Positions 21,961-24,000 of a stretch of DNA of 24,000 nucleotides are shown here, one piece after another. The DNA is taken from assembly GCA_043806875.1 (NCBI GenBank), contig JAZDGN010000049.1, positions 185,254 to 209,253 of the forward strand. Direction: 5' to 3'. Every line of letters begins with the position of its first letter. Position 1 is the stretch's first letter. Origin of the DNA: Pseudomonadota bacterium (GTDB taxonomy: Bacteria > Desulfobacterota > Desulfobacteria > Desulfobacterales > Desulfobacteraceae). The notes beneath the pieces are model-generated. The model made no database searches and had not been told where the DNA came from. It saw nothing but the letters and a program-made list of their open reading frames with translations. Made by a program: the position numbers and the translations under genes.

Positions 21961-24000
21961 TCACAAGGATTTCGGCAGGGCAGGGGAGTGCCGGATACCG
22001 TACATCAGGCAGTAAAGGACAGGTACGACGATCAGGGTAAGGACGGTGGCTACCAGGAGACCACCCATGATGGTGACGGCCATGGCCCCGAACAGGGGGT
22101 CAACCACCAGGGGCGCCATCCCAAGGATAGTTGTCCCGGATGCCATGGTAACGGGTCTGACGCGGCTTACCGAGGCATTCATTACAGCAGCCAGGGGCTT
22201 GCTTCCAGACCTCAGATCGATTTCGATCTGTTCGATGAGTACGATGGCGTTCTTGATGAGCATTCCCGAGAGACCCAGAAATCCCAGGATGGCCATGAAC
22301 CCGAAGGGGAGCTTCATCAGGAGCAGACCGCAGGCCACACCTACCAGGGACAGGGGCACGGTAAAGAAGATGAGCAGGGGCCGCCGTACGGAATTGAAGA
22401 GCCAGACCACGGTGACAAACATTCCCAGGATGCAGATGGGGAATATGGCCCTGAGCGGTGCCTGCCCGTCGGCAGATTCCTTATACTCTCCGGCCCATTC
22501 CAGGGTGTAGCCCAGGGGAAGGGGGATGGCTTCGATGCGGCCCTTGACCGCATTTCTGAGCGGGCTGGCCAGGCCGGTTACCGGGTTGCACTGGACAGTG
22601 ATGGCCCGTTGCTGTTCCCTGCGTTTGATCAAGGGGTTTTCCCATTGGGGATCCATGCCGGTCATGACCTGGCGGATGGGGACGAATGCCTGGTTGATGG
22701 AACTCCATACCTGGACATTTCCCAGGTTTTCCACAGAGGTTCTCTCGGGCTCCGGGGGGCGGCCTAGGATGGGGATAAGTTTGTCCTGTTCACGGTATAA
22801 TCCCATGGTGATGCCGTTGAAATTCCATTGAAGGGATCTGGACAGATCGCTGCGGGATACACCGATGCTCCTGGCCTGGGTTTCTGAAAATACAGCTTTG
22901 ATAACCCGGGTGGGCTGGCGCCAGTCGGTCCGGACATCCCTGGTGTTGGGGGTGTCCCGCAAAATGGCCATGGCCTTGCCTGCCAGGTCCTGGAGCACCT
23001 GGATGTCCGGTCCCCTGAACCGGGCCTCCACCAGGAAATTGACCGGAGGTCCATTGACGATTCGGGTGATATAGGGCTCGGAATCCGGGAATTCACGGGA
23101 GATCATGGCCAGGGCTTCCCCGGAGATGGTGTCGACGTTCCGGTAGTCATTCACTTCCACCAGCATCTGGGCGTAGCTGGAGTTCCGGATCTGGTAATCA
23201 TAGGAAAGCACGAACCGGAGCGCACCTTCCCCAACAAAAGAGGTGATGTTCCTGACGCCTCTTAATTTCATGACGGTGTCCTCAATGCGGCGCACGTCAT
23301 CGGTGGTCCTGTTGATATGTGTCCCCTGGGGTTTCCAGTAGTTAATGTAGAAGTAGCGCTGGGTGGATGGGCTGAAAAAGGCATCCGGAACAGCCCTGAA
23401 CCCCACCACGGCACCTGCGAGCATTACTATGATGGTCATGGCTGTGAACCACCGGTATCGTATGGCCATGGACAGAATGGACCTGTAGATCCTATAAAAG
23501 GGACGGTCATAGAGGTCATGGATACTGTCTTCACCGGGAATTCTGAGGAACCAGACACAGAGCAGGGGGGTTATGGTTACCGCAAAAATCCAGGAGAGCA
23601 TGAGGGACATGGCCATGACATCGAACAGGGACCGGCAGTATTCACCCACATTGCCCTTGGCGAATCCGATTGCTGTGAATGCAAGAACAGCAACAACCGT
23701 GGCGCCCAAAAGCGGCCACATGGTTTCTCGGACAACCTCCCGGGCGGCCTTTTCCCTGGTTTCTCCCCGGCTCACCCGCACAAGGATGCCGTCTGCCACC
23801 ACAATGGCATTGTCCACAAGCATACCCAGGGCAAGAATCAGGGCCCCCAGAGAGATCTTCTGGAGATCGATGTCCATGAGGAACATGCCCAAAAAGGTCG
23901 CCAGGATGGTTAGAATCAGGATCATACCGATTAGAAGGCCGGTCTGCCATCCCATGAAAAGCATGAGCAGGCCGATGACGATGACAACTGCTTCAACCAG
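21961..24000 (-). CDS. RND efflux transporter permease (AcrB/AcrD/AcrF family), C-terminal ~680 aa; 5' end lies beyond the window
   Basis: Motifs LGMLVDNAIVVADGI and LSGMLIKNAIVLIEQI, plus two 5-6 TM bundles separated by a large periplasmic domain. The frame stays open from 23964 to 24000 (LVEAVVIVIGLL), so the gene is truncated by the window edge. Confidence 0.85.
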   Translation of the reverse strand: MVEAVVIVIGLLMLFMGWQTGLLIGMILILTILATFLGMFLMDIDLQKISLGALILALGMLVDNAIVVADGILVRVSRGETREKAAREVVRETMWPLLGATVVAVLAFTAIGFAKGNVGEYCRSLFDVMAMSLMLSWIFAVTITPLLCVWFLRIPGEDSIHDLYDRPFYRIYRSILSMAIRYRWFTAMTIIVMLAGAVVGFRAVPDAFFSPSTQRYFYINYWKPQGTHINRTTDDVRRIEDTVMKLRGVRNITSFVGEGALRFVLSYDYQIRNSSYAQMLVEVNDYRNVDTISGEALAMISREFPDSEPYITRIVNGPPVNFLVEARFRGPDIQVLQDLAGKAMAILRDTPNTRDVRTDWRQPTRVIKAVFSETQARSIGVSRSDLSRSLQWNFNGITMGLYREQDKLIPILGRPPEPERTSVENLGNVQVWSSINQAFVPIRQVMTGMDPQWENPLIKRREQQRAITVQCNPVTGLASPLRNAVKGRIEAIPLPLGYTLEWAGEYKESADGQAPLRAIFPICILGMFVTVVWLFNSVRRPLLIFFTVPLSLVGVACGLLLMKLPFGFMAILGFLGLSGMLIKNAIVLIEQIEIDLRSGSKPLAAVMNASVSRVRPVTMASGTTILGMAPLVVDPLFGAMAVTIMGGLLVATVLTLIVVPVLYCLMYGIRHSPALPKSL

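Noticed and set aside
1-24000. Scan for CRISPR arrays, IS or transposase genes, integrases, tRNA/rRNA genes, and toxin-antitoxin or defence modules.
   Set aside because: I found no spaced direct-repeat arrays, no inverted terminal repeats flanking an ORF, no recombinase or transposase motifs in any frame, and no tRNA-like cloverleaf candidates in the short intergenic regions. By eye the window looks like core or accessory metabolism rather than a mobile island.

Overview
24 kb of a moderately GC-rich bacterial chromosome. Gene content looks like an anaerobic Desulfobacterota-type organism, but that taxonomic guess is low confidence. All family assignments come from reading motifs in the ORF translations by eye; no searches were run. 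I support about 25 genes. In order: a pentapeptide-repeat/K+ channel fusion; an HDOD signalling protein; a minus-strand GNAT / hotdog thioesterase / DsrE-like trio; NUDIX hydrolase plus a polytopic M48-TPR protease; a minus-strand FrhB-like / iorA / iorB operon; a MauE / exported rhodanese / TIGR04282-type transferase operon; a secreted Met-rich protein of unknown function; a TIGR04283-type GT2 transferase; a 1039-aa radical SAM + ArsM + Cys-rich fusion; a TPP-riboswitch-controlled thiZXY-thiMED thiamine salvage operon; and the 3' part of an RND efflux permease that runs off the window. No rRNA, tRNA, CRISPR array, transposase or integrase was recognised. The most interesting region is 10.3-16.7 kb. 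Both transferase families associated with arsenosugar biosynthesis flank a three-module protein whose middle module keeps all the arsenite-binding cysteine motifs of ArsM. Its radical SAM module is SPASM-like, not the canonical ArsS type. Together these make a candidate, apparently undescribed, anaerobic organoarsenical (arsenosugar-like) biosynthesis locus. The many long ORFs antisense to these genes are GC-driven artefacts.
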